Shown here: positions 13,000 to 25,493 of the stretch, in pieces | Layout: the number at the start of each line of letters is the position of its first letter | Numbering within the stretch: the stretch's first letter is position 1 | Assembly: GCF_036365525.1 (NCBI RefSeq) | Contig: NC_090407.1 | Location: 25,857,860-25,921,859 of the forward strand | Length of the DNA stretch: 64,000 nt | Reading direction: 5' to 3' | Origin: Heterodontus francisci | Taxonomy: Eukaryota | Notes under the pieces: model-generated | The model's database searches: none | What the model saw: only the letters and a program-made list of their open reading frames with translations | Told to the model about the DNA's origin: nothing | Made by a program: the position numbers and the translations under genes

Positions 13000-13916
13000 T
13001 TGAAAGTCGTTCTCCTGAGCCTAAGGCTCTATATCTATATGCAGGCTGTTGTCTGTTTTCCTACTGAGACCACACTTGTGTACTGCTAGATTAGACTCCT
13101 TTGATGTGTTGGAGATACTATGTCTCAATGAATAAGACCCTTCAAGATGGGTACCTTTTGGTTTCTCTTTTGTCTGGTATAGGTTTGTGCTTGGTATGTT
13201 TTTTTTTCTTTCAAACCGTCTTGTCAGTTAAATTTTGAGCTGTAGCAATAAGCATAGGGTTTGCAGCCTGTTCTCTAGGTGTATGCTATTTTTAGCAAAA
13301 GCAGTTGAAAAAGGAGATGAAGGTTTTGATTGGCCTGAAAACACCTTATGCTCATGTCAATTTTCACACATGCTTCAGGAGGTTGACTGTGCTGATCCAT
13401 CAAAAATGCTTCCTTTTTAAGGTTCTCATCTTTCACTGTGTAGTATTAAAGGTAAGCATTTCAACATCTTCCTGTTGCATGATTTGGTAAAAAGGAGGCT
13501 CCATAGAGGAACCTTGTCAATTAGATTTTTGGGAGAGAAAAATGAAGTGTCTTTCAACCCATCCAGATAGCTAAGGTTGAGCTATGAAGCCAATTGATAT
13601 TCCAATTAGACATTCCAGTATTGGGTGGAGTTCAGGTTGGACACTTCATATTATTTGTGTTTATGTATTGCGATCATACTTCATGTACTGGATCATATCT
13701 GTTTGTTAACAGCATGCTTAAAGCGTTCAGGGACACAGCAACACTTGATTCTCAAGCCTTTTGGGATAAATATCATCTCTTAAATGTTGAAAATAGCACG
13801 CTGGTCTACTCCTTTCAGAATCCTAGCTGTAACAGTATGCATGAGCATAAACTTGACATTCTCAGCACAAACCTGACACTTTCTCCTGCTAAAGCTGATT
13901 GTCTTTTATTTTTCAG

Positions 13917-14019
13917 GCCAACCAGGATCACCCAGTTGGAGGAGACCCGACAACAGAGTAGTGTAATTCGACAGCCCCTGGGCCCCGATGGTACACAAGG
14001 TTTCAAACTGCGCAGATAA
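13917..14019 (+). CDS. SZRD1: SZRD1 last coding exon (SUZ-C motif [13 protein letters not shown], stop TAA)
   Basis: Acceptor cttttatttttcag ending at 13916. In-frame continuation [34 protein letters not shown]. Confidence 0.96.
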
Positions 14020-16240
14020 AACGTGGGCCAACGAGTGTTCTTTGTAAAACAGAACTCTTGAGGACCGAGCGAGCAGTGTTGGACAGAGAGAACTGACTCG
14101 AGCAGAGGACCTTATCTGCTTCTCTTGCACTGTGATCCCCCTTTGCTCCACCCACTGTGACTTTTCTCCTTGCGCACTGTGACCCCTGCTCCGCCCACTG
14201 TGGTTGGCACACTGCTGTGAGCTCTTCAAGGAAACCATGAAGGGGAGGTTTCTTGCAATCAGACTGGCCAAGAATACATTGTGTGCCATTTCTAACCAGA
14301 AATTTGCTCCAGCAATAATACTGTTTAAGAATGTTCGATTAGTTTTAATTTCAGAAAAGTTTGACTATGTATTAGTGATGGGTGCTGTCTGTCTTTTCTC
14401 AACCCACACTTCACAGGATTGTTTTGGTTTCTTTCCACCTGACCCATTGCCACAGGATAGTTCTTCAATAGTAATTATCTTGCAATGCAAAGTATGTCAA
14501 AAAATCCATCAGAAACGCACCCATTTTAAAGTTGGCTCATCTTTAGCTATTTATTGTAGGCTGTATTTAAAAATAAATGTTCTCAAAACATCTATCTGGA
14601 GATAGGACAAGAACATAAAATGATCCACAAAAGCAGTGTGGAGAGCAGGCTTGGGCTATTTCGCACAGCAGACCAAGAGGTGCACAGCAGTTGTGTTCAG
14701 TAGTGCAAGCGGTTTGTTTAGCCATTTTCTGTCAGATTTCTATCTTCCCATCCATAGTCAAGAGAGCAAGTCCGTTGGTTACTGGAAAACCAGTCAAAGT
14801 GGGTGAGAAAAGAGAAAAGCTCATAGTGGTTGCGGATGTTGCTGTATCTCACCCACCCGAATGTGGTTAGCTGCAGTGTCCAAATCCCAGCTGACCAGGA
14901 TTTATTTTTTTAATATCAAAAACTAATACGGTGGTGTGATTAAAAGTATGGCATTCTAGGGTAGCACTTAAGGTGCTAGCTGTAGAATGCTGTGGTCACG
15001 TGTTCTTATTCCAGCACTGCCTTATGCTCAGATTCACCAGCTATGCTTTGTGCATGATGGTTTTTGGTATAACCTGCAGGATAGGTATAACTTGCAGTAG
15101 TGAAAAATCTCTTTGTAAAAGAGGATGTTTTGGCAAAGGCCATGCCTGTAGTTAATGCTGCTCCCATTGTGGGTCAGTACAGAGCAGTATTGCTGTCAGA
15201 AACTGGGAAGGGTTTTCAATGTGTGCTATTTGGAACCTTCCCCAGTTTTGCAAAGGGGAGGAATAGGAAAGAGATGGACAGAAATAAATGTAAATTTTTT
15301 AAAAAGGGAAATAATATGGTTCCAATCAAATTATATCTTCCTTGGAGAAGCTGAAAGGTTTGAGGCTAAGTAGTGGAGCCAAAGGTTTTGGCACTGTGGT
15401 TTTGTCTCCGTTCTGGTGGTTGTGTGCATTCTGTGCCCTGCTGTCTGACACTAAAGCGCAGTGTTGCAGTTACTGCCCATCACTAGTACATACTCTTAGT
15501 ATTTTTCAAGGCAATGCCTTTATTTTCCGAATTTCAAAAAAAAGCTGTTTCTAGGTCCATCTGATAAAAGGGCACGTATGTAATTTTCTTTTGTGTGGCT
15601 CGAACGTGAGCCATCTGTCTTGTGTCTGCGCAAATGCGCATGTGTTTGTGTATGTGTATATTCTGTATATGTGTCTGCCTGCGAACAAAATACTTCTTTG
15701 TTTGGGGTTGGGGGGGGAGTGGTAAAGTGGAGATGAACTGATGAAGCTTAGTAAATTTCAACCAGTGCTTGGGGGAAAAAAATATTAGCCGCCCCACTCC
15801 TATACAGCTGCTAGCATGGCCTCGTAATACACCAGCCATCAAATTGTTTGATTGGGGCATAAAACATGGCTCAATTGATTTGGACTGAGGTTAAATAGGC
15901 TTCAAGTGCTGTTTATAGCCATGATGAAAACTGCAAAATGTCAGGCCCTGGAAGATTTTTAAACTTTTATAGTGAATAATATTCAAAGTGCTTCCCCAGC
16001 AGTAGTTAAATTCGAAGCTAATGTAATCTTATTTTCCAGTGTAACTTCTTCCCAGGTTTGAGTTGTTAGTCGGTAAATCAGTGAGTTATTTTCACACTAC
16101 CTACATTTCACTTGATCAATGGACTGACACTAAACCTGATCACTGTTGTTTATAAACTTTGTGCAACTGGAACAATTGCCTGAAACCCTTCAGAGTATAT
16201 TTGTTCTGTAAATAATAAAATGGCTGGCTCACTGCTGGTT
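14020..16240 (+). other. SZRD1: SZRD1 3' UTR (candidate polyA signals at 14572-14577 and 16214-16219)
   Basis: Repeat-free, U-rich sequence after the stop. The AATAAA at 16214 directly follows a TGTAAATA Pumilio-type motif. Confidence 0.6.
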
Positions 16241-16284
16241 CTTTGGGTTAATATGCCATATGATGTGGTATACAAACCAGGAAG

Positions 16285-16610
16285 GTCATTGTTTTAATCC
16301 AGTCTCAGCCAGCCAGGAAGTGGTGGCTCTACAAGTGGCCTCTGTGCCCCCGGGACAACGAGGTGGAAATCTGACCAGGGTTTTTGTTCTTGATTGTTGT
16401 TCAGTGACTATTAGAAATGGGCATGGGCTCAGTTTTAATCCTGCTGCTTTTCCTTTTTGATTTCTCCTCTTTCCTCCCCAAATCCAGTCAAATAACCTGC
16501 TGATGCACATTGTTCAGCTCACACATCACTTAGACAAGGTACTGCTGGTGGAACTGTATGGAAGCCTGAGTTAAATATCTTCAGGAGAGGAAAGGAGGTG
16601 GAAAATTTAA
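16285..16610 (+). mobile_element. LF-SINE-like element
   Basis: accaggaaggtc, ctacaagtggcctctgtgccccc, aataacctgctga and ggaactgta...ttcaggagagg motifs shared with the other copies. Confidence 0.55.
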
Positions 16611-19600
16611 AATAACCACTGGATTGCAGGATTTTGTATTTCTACAAAAAAAAAAGTATTTACATGCCTAAAAGCACAGGTGGATTAATCAGGCAAGTAA
16701 TTCTATATTTCCCAACCAGAATTACAATCTGGCGACTTTTTTAATCAAGCTCTGGTTTTGTTTTGTGCAGTTAATGATTTCAAAGCCCTTGTGTCTAATT
16801 GTAAGCCAAAAAAACTAGTTTACAAATAGAGCAAACGTAGATTATAGCTGAATGTGTGAGATGCATTATGCAACATTCTGGTGTTTGTGGGATCTATTGG
16901 ACTTCAGGGTCATTGCCAAGGAGGAGAAATGCAAACACTAGTATTGTACAGACAGAATGAAATAAAATAACAAAGTCAAAACTAAATCTTGTGAACAGGA
17001 CTGTGAAAGAACTGCCATGTCCAGTTGCTTGGACTGGAGGAATCGAGATGGGCTTGAACATTGTGCACTATATCCACTTATCAGCAAAAGATGAGAAATA
17101 ACCACACTGAATTTGGCATACTGAATAAAATCCGGATGCAACTCTGCACAATTGCAGACAGGGCAATGGTTGAAGAACAGTTTCAGTTCAGTAATAGGTC
17201 AGGTGTTGGTTGTTGATGGGATGCAGATAAAAAGGCTGGGGTCAAGTCGGAAAGCAGCCTGCCTCATAAAGCTGAGAGACTTCTGAAAGTGCTGAGAATG
17301 TGAATCTTGTTACCTTTGTCTGCATGTTATGGAGTCTTTGTCAAAGCATAGAGTGAGTTCTAAATGAAACCCTTTAATGAAGTAAGTCTACACAAAGATT
17401 GTCCTGCTGTGTGAAATTATTGACATTCTGATCTCTGCTAATCCAGAGACTGCAGAATGATGGTGCTGCCTCCCCTCCAATAGGGCTAATACCTGGCCCT
17501 TGCCCTTCACCTTCCCAGACAGCTTTACTGAGATCAGGCTTTGCAGTGCTATCCAGAATTTCGGGTATCTTTCAATAGGTATGGTTTAACCCATAGGAAA
17601 GAATGTTTGTAAAAAATCAGTGACATGAACAATATAAGGCAATGTTGACAGTAATTGGACCATAGTGCGCTCACTGGACCTGCTTTGAACTCCTAATCGG
17701 CCAGTAAAAAAAATTTTTGGAAACCAGTGGATAAAGGATAAATAACAAGCGATAATGAGGTGAGACTTGTCTGGGGAGTTGCATAATAAATGAGAAAGGA
17801 GGTCAATTTTCAGATACTGGCTTCTGATATAGACGGCTGTCCTTTCACTACACCTGTTCGCTGCCACAGATATCACAGAAAACAAACATGAAATCATTGC
17901 AGAAATACAAACATGGTCGTTACTTTTCAAGCCTTGTGAAAGGCTCTTGTTCCAATGTGAGATTGGTTGGTGAACAGACGAGGGCAGCTTCATGCTCTGT
18001 ACTGTATTCCAGGCCTTTGAGATGTGGGGCCTTTTTAAAAAATGTATCTTAATCAGGGCCACTTTGTGACTGAATAAGCTAAATTCTGTCTTTGGTTATA
18101 TCCGATTACTGGCCTTGAAATGCATACTTAATGTTGCTTTAAAAGTTGTTTGTATTGAGTTTAAAGACAGCTTAAATCTGAATTGAGGAACTGGTGTCAG
18201 AGGAGAAGACAGTTCTGCTTTAGTGATTATAATGGAATGTGATGCATGTGGGTGGAATTTGTAATCTACTGGAAATACTGTGGGACCTTCAATAATGTCA
18301 TGAGGGGCACTAAATGTCCTCCTGTAATTATCATTGGCATTACAGAAGCTTGAACAATACAATGTTTGTATGTGACAGGTAGCCATATGACTTTGGGTTA
18401 GGAGGAAGTTTATTTAAAGGGCATTGGAACTCCTTGGTTACATTGCAGCTTTTTACTTGGTCTCAAGAATCTCTTTTTTTTTAGAAAAGGGACAACTGAT
18501 TTTTAATGTATGGTAGAATGCAACTTGAAGGAATAGGTTACCCATGTTTGCTGAGGAAGACTTGGGTAGTTCCTAATTTTAAATGTATAATGACAATGTC
18601 CTTTTTTCACGACCCTCGTGTTAGCAATCGCCTTGTCCCTAATGAGAAAGTTGGGCCAATACTGCCAGTTGACCTCTTGAACTGCATTATGAGGAGTTGT
18701 GCTTCAATGGTGTCACTTGCCAATACCTTTTTTAATTCTGTAGAGAATGTTGCAGGCTGGAACTTGTACAGAATTGGCTGTCAGTATTAACATTGCTGCT
18801 GGACTACTACATCAGTGCAAGGCCAAATAGCTAATGAAAGAGTAGCACCACATCTTTTGACAGAAACAGACTAATAGGATGATTGTTAAATGTAGAAAGA
18901 GGATTTGGAGACTTCAAACGTTCTGGTGGTCACTGTGGCAGCAGGTCACGTAGTTGGTAGCTTCTCAATATTCAATGTGTTTGGGTTCAGCTTGTAAGCA
19001 ACAGTAATATGAAGGGGCTCATGATTTCTGTTACACTGCAGTCAGTATATCTTGTTATGTGAAGGAAATCGCCAAGAAACCAGCCTGGTATCTAACATGC
19101 TGAAATATTGAATTCTTGGCGTGTTGGGTTCCCAGTCTGAACATGTTCAGTTTTATCTGAAGTATGATGCATGCCGCTCATGTAATCTCTGAGCATAGGA
19201 GAACTTGCCAGGAAGCCTTGTGAACATCCTGGGGAACCATTTGAGGTGTTGCATAGAATGCACTTATGTCTGAGTACTGAACTGTACTCCAGACTTGGCA
19301 GATGGGAGGAAGAGACTATAAATTGAAAAAAATTGCAAATTAGTCTGATACATAAGCTTAGACCACACTGATACAAGTTTTGCAGAAAGGCTAGCGATAT
19401 AATGTACAAAATGGCTTCTGTGCACCGATCCTTCAGGTTTATACTATTGGCTTAACGCAATCAATATGTCTGGTCTTAATTTGTGAGTAAGTACATGAGC
19501 TAAATTTTGTAATGTTATAAATCTGTCCCTTTGAACAATGTTTTCCCTGATGTAATGCTGTAGTGGTTCTTTAAAGTTGGGCATGTAGGCCAGCAAAGGA

Positions 19601-22283
19601 CCAAGGGTTTATGTCAAACCAGTAAGGTTCACAAGTGGCATTTATGCTTGTTGCTATGCTTGTATAATGAGGGTTATTCTGGGAGTTTGCTGCTTTTAAT
19701 GCTATTGATGCATTTTCTTTTTCATAACTTTAGCAAACTATCGCCCTTCTTCCAGCATCCCCCCTGCCTCCCACCCCATTCCCCTTTTGGAGATTTCCAA
19801 GTCAGTCCTGCTGTTACTTCTGGGAACATTACTCATCATAGAGTTGCCCTGATTCAGAAGGACGAGTTTAGGAACCCAAGCTTGGTTTACATGGATTTGG
19901 GGTTTGGTTATTAAGCTTGCATCCTAGTTGTAAATGCAGGAAGAATTCAGTATGTCTGCTGCAGCTTTCAACTGACCCATTGCATGTGGCATATATAGAT
20001 TTTATTTTTGCAAGGGGAAAAGAACTACTGTCCATTCATTAGGACTTGTTTTTGAGGGTTTTATTGTCTTGGATACAGATGGATGGTTATGCTACACATC
20101 AGTTGTCAAATCAGTGCTTGACTGGAAAAGATGCTGTCATGTTCAGATTTGGCTACACGGAGACTGCTGCACATTGCAGGAGCTTGAGGGACTTCATTTG
20201 GATCCTGAGATATACTGAACTTCCTCAACTTAATTTGGTTTTCATTTGTAAACTGCAGCATAGTTTGGGGGTTCTTAAAGGACATCTCCTTGAAAAAATG
20301 ATTTGTTTGGGCATATGATGCAATGACATCACTCATCTGTGCCCTTGTTGCAACAAAAATTGCATGTTGTCTTAAATCCTGGAAAGGCACAGTTGATCGG
20401 TCAGCATCTGAAAGAGAAAGCTAGATGCTTTAAGTGGGACACAATGAAAATGGCTGTTCTGTCACCAAACAAAATCAGTTTCTTGGAGCACTTTATGAAG
20501 AAACTGCCCTTTTAAACTTGCAAAATGCTTACTCAGTGAAATTGTCTATCAGGTTCTTGCATGCTGTTGCACTCAGTCAGTGGAAATGGCATACTTTTGT
20601 GTGCTGTACAGTTAGTGATGTAAACAACTGCTAGAAACCAGTCACATGATCTAAAGTTGATTTATTCTTGATTGTGTTGACTAGCAGGTTATTGTCGGGT
20701 AAGATGTCTATCACTGTATTTTGTCTTTATTTACTGGCAATGTAAAGTTTATGGGATTCAGTGTTAACAGCTGCTTTTTTTTGGTTGAATTTATTACAGT
20801 CCTTCCTTTTTGCAGGAAGGTTGGGAAAGATGTGCAAATACTGTTTTTAATTGCCTGTTTAACATCTTTATCAACGAAGCTTTTGCTCTTTTTTTAATTT
20901 TATATTTTATCCTGCAAAATCATCTGGACCCCTTGAAGCAGCATTTTCTTACAGCTTTCAGCAAAAGTAAAGTTCTGGTCTGAGAGTGCTGAACATGATC
21001 TGTACAACTTCTGTTTATAACTGACTGGCAAAGTTAACTATATTTTGAGTAAAATTTTATAAGTTTAGCCTCAATAGTTTGACCTTATTTTTGGTGTGTT
21101 TTGCTCTTTGTCGTCTTTGAGGAAGGTTTCTTAACGAGCGCTGTTCTGATTCCAGTATATTTTTCTGCGATGGGTAGCACAGGAATCAAAGACTAGGAAT
21201 AGGAAAGGGATATTTAACCTCTTGGGCTCTTTCTGCCAAATTTCAGCCCTTCAGAAAAACTCGTTCGTCTTTGTCTCCTTCCCGCTTTGGTTTGAAGCCT
21301 CTCTTTCTCCGAGTCCGTTGTAGGTCCAGTTCTCACCAGGTCTGATGCAGCTGAAAAGGAATGTGAATTTGACTCTTCTATTGACTGGTCTGTACCTGAA
21401 ACGTTAACCTGTCTTTTCAGATGCTGACGGACCTGCTGTATAGTTCCAGCATCCTCTTTTTATTTGATTTCCAGCATTTGCATTTCTGTGTATGTTGCTG
21501 TGTCTGAATTCAGTGATGAGTACTTAAAAATAAATAAATAATTGTGCCAAAGGCAATTGGAGATGGCGCTTGGATGCATTTGGCAGGATAGAAAGATGAG
21601 ATGTGCAACTCTTGATATTTTTTTTGTCATTTCCATGTCTGCTTTTCGAGCCTGTTTTTCTGATCTTCCTCCCAAACACTCTTCCTTTACTTCTGCTTCA
21701 ACTCTCTCTCCATTCCTGTTTAAATCTATTCCAAATATGTCAATAGTGTAGTAAGACAACTCATTTATATAGCATCTTTTTAATGAAATAAAACGTCCCA
21801 AAGCATTTCATAGCGATTCTGGAACAAAATTTGACACCAAGCCACATATTCGGACAGAGGTGGCCAAGAGCTTGGTCAAAGGGGTATGTTTTAAGGAGTG
21901 TTTTAAAGAAGCAGGGAGGGATCGCTAGAGCTTTATGGCTTAAGCAATCCATTGTTTGAGATAATACACTGTGTACAGTATAGCAGCAGCTACCTTAACA
22001 TTGTACAAAGCTATAACACTTGAGAGTATTCAGATGATTAAATTAACATTTCAAAATTGGATAGATTAGCTCAGCAGCTTTAAGGTAGTGCAGGATGAAA
22101 ATCAGTTTCTGTAATTGGATGATAGTTCATTTCCAGACAGTTCACTGTTAGAATTTATTTCACTGATCTTTGTACATCTGAGCAGCTACACGGATGAATA
22201 TTCCTAGACAGTTCACTGCACTAAAATGTGAATCATTAATGAGAACTAACCCCCAAACATTGAATAATAACTTGTACTTATAT

Positions 22284-22639
22284 GATTAGATTAGATTAGA
22301 GATACAGCACTGAAACAGGCCCTTCGGCCCACCGAGTCTGTGCCGAACATCAACCACCCATTTATACTAATCCTACACTAATCCCATATTCCTACCAAAC
22401 ATCCCCACCTGTCCCTATATTTCCCTACCACCTACCTATACTAGTGACAATTTATAATGGCCAATTTACCTATCAACCTGCAAGTCTTTTGGCTTGTGGG
22501 AGGAAACCGGAGCACCCGGAGAAAACCCACGCAGACACAGGGAGAACTTGCAAACTCCACACAGGCAGTACCCGGAATCGAACCCGGGTCCCTTCAGCTG
22601 TGAGGCTGCGGTGCTAACCACTGCGCCACTGTGCCGCCC
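22284..22639 (-). mobile_element. V-SINE (HE1-like), full length, inserted in an L2-like tail
   Basis: Near-identical reverse complement of 12653-12999 with a (ttaga)n tail. Confidence 0.9.
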
Positions 22640-23624
22640 TTTTAATATAGTGCCTTTTAATATAGAAAAAGTTCCTGGTTGCTTCACAGGCATAATCAAG
22701 ACAAAATTGACAAGGAGCCAAAGGCAGAGATATTTGGAGGGTGGTTAAAAGTTTGGTCAAAGGTTGGCTTTAAGAAAGAAAGAGAGGAGAAATTCAAAAA
22801 CTGAAGGAATGGCTGCTATTGGAGTGAAAGGAGTGGGAAATGGACAAGATATGAGTTGGATGAATGCAAAGTAATCATCCATTAAGCAAAAGGAAAATAA
22901 CAAACATTTAAATAGATGTAAAAGGCATCTGATTCCTCCAAGTGCCCCTGCCCTGGAAGGTATTTGCTCCTATTCTTTCTTACCAAGTGGCTATTCTTTA
23001 TGCCTGAACCTAAACACAAGAGTGTCAACATTATTGAATTATGGTTGGTCATGGATTAGGGGAATTAACAAATGTTTGGGACACTATGGAAAACTAATCA
23101 GTAATGACAAACTACTAGCTATAAGGTTCTAAGTAGCATCTATGGAGCTGTGTCAACAGTCTCAGCTGGAGCAGCAGGAGTGTTAGAATTGGCTTCAGGT
23201 TTTTTCTCTTTTTTTCCCCTCCCCCCGGCCCCCCACCCACCCAAACCACCCCTTCAGGGCACTAGAGTTTCTAGCTGAGTTGCTGTAAATTTGGATGGCT
23301 GAGGACAGGATTGGGCTGATTGTTACCTTTTTTCCATTAAACAGTTTACATTGCATATGTGTTTTTAATTTAGCACCCATCAAAGCCAAATATAACTGGA
23401 AATTTGATAGTGTGGGGACAGTAAGTTTGCCTTTCTGCTGAAAGCAAAAGGCAACTTATGACTAACATCTAAACACCCATTTTTAAAAGAAAAAGTGTAT
23501 TTTATAAAATTGAACTTACTTAATCCACTTGGGTCAGTGTATTTATATTTAAAGTAGGTGAGGCTGTGTTTGAGTATCCAAGTTTTATTAACAAAGCTAA
23601 GACCACAATGAGTCTAACCAACAG

Positions 23625-23862
23625 CCTGTAAATGTTTTAAAACCCATCTGGTTCACTAATGTCCTTTTAGAGAAGGAAATTTGCCTTCCTTACCAGGTCT
23701 GGCCTACATGTGACTCCAGACCCACAGCAATGTGGTTGACTCTTAACTGCCTTCTGAAATGGCCTAGCAAGCCAGTCAGTTGTCGAGGACAATTAGGGAT
23801 GAGCAGAAAATGCTGGCCTTGCCAGTGACGCACACATCCCATAAAATAATAATTTAAAAAAA
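23625..23862 (+). mobile_element. SINE with a CR1-type tail (second family)
   Basis: Its tail aattagggatg...gctggccttgccagtgacgcacacatccca matches the 3' end of the LINE at 44165-44990. Another copy lies at about 59385-59740(-). Confidence 0.7.
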
Positions 23863-24104
23863 AATATTGAGTAGAGCAGAAAGCTACTTCCTGTGATTTG
23901 ATTTCATCAGTCAAATGTTTCTTTCTTGAATGAAAGAATGTATGAGTTCAGATATATCCATAGGCCCCTCACAGACAAGAGCTTTCCAGACCAACAGATT
24001 CCATTGTTTTATTCAGCTAATTCATTTCACTGAATATGTCTGCGAGGTTAACCCAGTTTAGCTAGCCACATGTCATCATTTCAGTACATCAAGTTAAAAT
24101 AAAT

Positions 24105-24510
24105 AAGACTTGCATTTATATACCGCCTTTCATGACCGCTTTCCAGTTAATGAAGTACTTTTGAAGTGGTGTAATTGTACGAAATTCAGCAGCTAATTTG
24201 CACACAGCAAGCTCGCATAAATAGCAATGAGCTAATGACCAGATTATTTTTTTTTTGTGATGTTGATTGAGGGATAAATATTGACCTGGACACTGGGTAT
24301 AACTCCCTGGTTGTTCAAAGTATTGCCATAGGATCTTTTTATGCCCACCTGAGAGGGCAAGCTGGGCGTCAGTTTAACAGTCTGACAGTGCAACATTCCC
24401 TCAGTACTACACTGGAGTGTCTGTCTAGATTTCAAGTCCTGGAGTGGAACTTGAACCCACAACATTCTGATACAGAAGCAAGAGTACTACTAACTGAACC
24501 ACAGCTGACA
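24105..24510 (-). mobile_element. Deu-SINE (SacSINE1-like)
   Basis: aagacttgcatttatata...gaagtacttttgaagtg...cacagcaagctc...tgccataggatctttt...cagtactacactggagtgt...acttgaacccacaac. Confidence 0.8.
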
Positions 24511-24740
24511 CATGTTGAAGTTTATCAGCTAAGACCTCTTCCCTGAGATGAAATAAACAGGTAAGCATTCTGCCTTGAGATAGCTATCTCATCCATGAGC
24601 GGGGAATTGTGTGTAAATGTGACATTTTAGAAATGTCTATGGATTCATCAAGTTGTATAGCAAAGTCATTGCTCCTCAGCCGATCAAGCACTGCAAAACT
24701 ATCTTCTGACAGCAAATCGATCATCATTTGGCAGTGTCAT

Positions 24741-25054
24741 AGAAATAGAGATATAGTACTGAAACAGGCCCTTCAGCCCATCGAGTCTGTGCCAACCAGT
24801 AACCACCCATTTATACTAATCCTACATTAATCCCATATTCCCTACCACATCCCCACCATTCTCCTACAACCTATCTACACTAGGGGCAATTTACCTATCA
24901 ACCTGCAAGTCTTTGGGTGTGGGAGGAAACCGGAGTACCCAGCGGAAACCCACGTGGTCACAGGGAGAACTTGCAAACTCCGCACAGGCAGTACCCAGAA
25001 CTGAATCTGGGTCGCTGGAGCTGTGAGGCTGCAGTGCTAGCCACTGTGCTGCCC
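24741..25054 (-). mobile_element. V-SINE (HE1-like) inserted in the Charlie transposase
   Basis: Same family as 12653-12999. Removing it rejoins the transposase codons P-T-S-N-D-T. Confidence 0.88.
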
Positions 25055-25299
25055 CATTTGATGTTGGTATTTTTCTTTGAGTTCCTTGGCCATCTGCTCT
25101 CCAAACATTTCCCTTACGATTTCAATGGCACGTGGCATTTTCAACTCGGCAATCGTATGCGATTAATTTTGCTTTTTGCTATTTTCTGTCCTACTATGTA
25201 GGATGAGACTACAAACATTTTATCAGCAGTAGTGATGCATTTCATTACTACTTTAGTTCCTCAGCCTTGTTTGCTCAAAAAGAAAATTGCTTGTCATTG

Positions 25300-25493
25300 T
25301 TGGTTGTGTCAACCATGGCCTACTCCAGGAGTTGAACAGAAAAATCTAGGCTTGAAACTCGTGCACTACTGTGCGAGTGCTGCAAGGTCGGAGGTGCCGT
25401 CTTTCGGATGAAACATGAAACTGAGGGCCTGTTTGTGCTCTTAGGTGGATGTAAATGAGCTCATGACACTATTTTGCCTTTCCTACATTACAA
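25300..25493 (+). mobile_element. Deu-SINE 5' part (3' part at 30948-31045), split by the RTE
   Basis: ggaggtgccgtctttcggatga...ggtggatgtaaa...ttcctacattacaa, continuing after the RTE as acattacaagtgaccacttcaataaaaatacttcattggctataaagtgctttgggac. Confidence 0.75.

Noticed and set aside
13917-14605. Alternative-frame or extended SZRD1 C-terminus running into the 3' UTR
   Set aside because: Both alternative frames of the last exon stop within about 17 codons, and ORF 14204-14605 shows no coding signature.
17586-18062. 158-aa minus-strand ORF
   Set aside because: No recognisable motif or splice context, and the composition is typical of a chance ORF.
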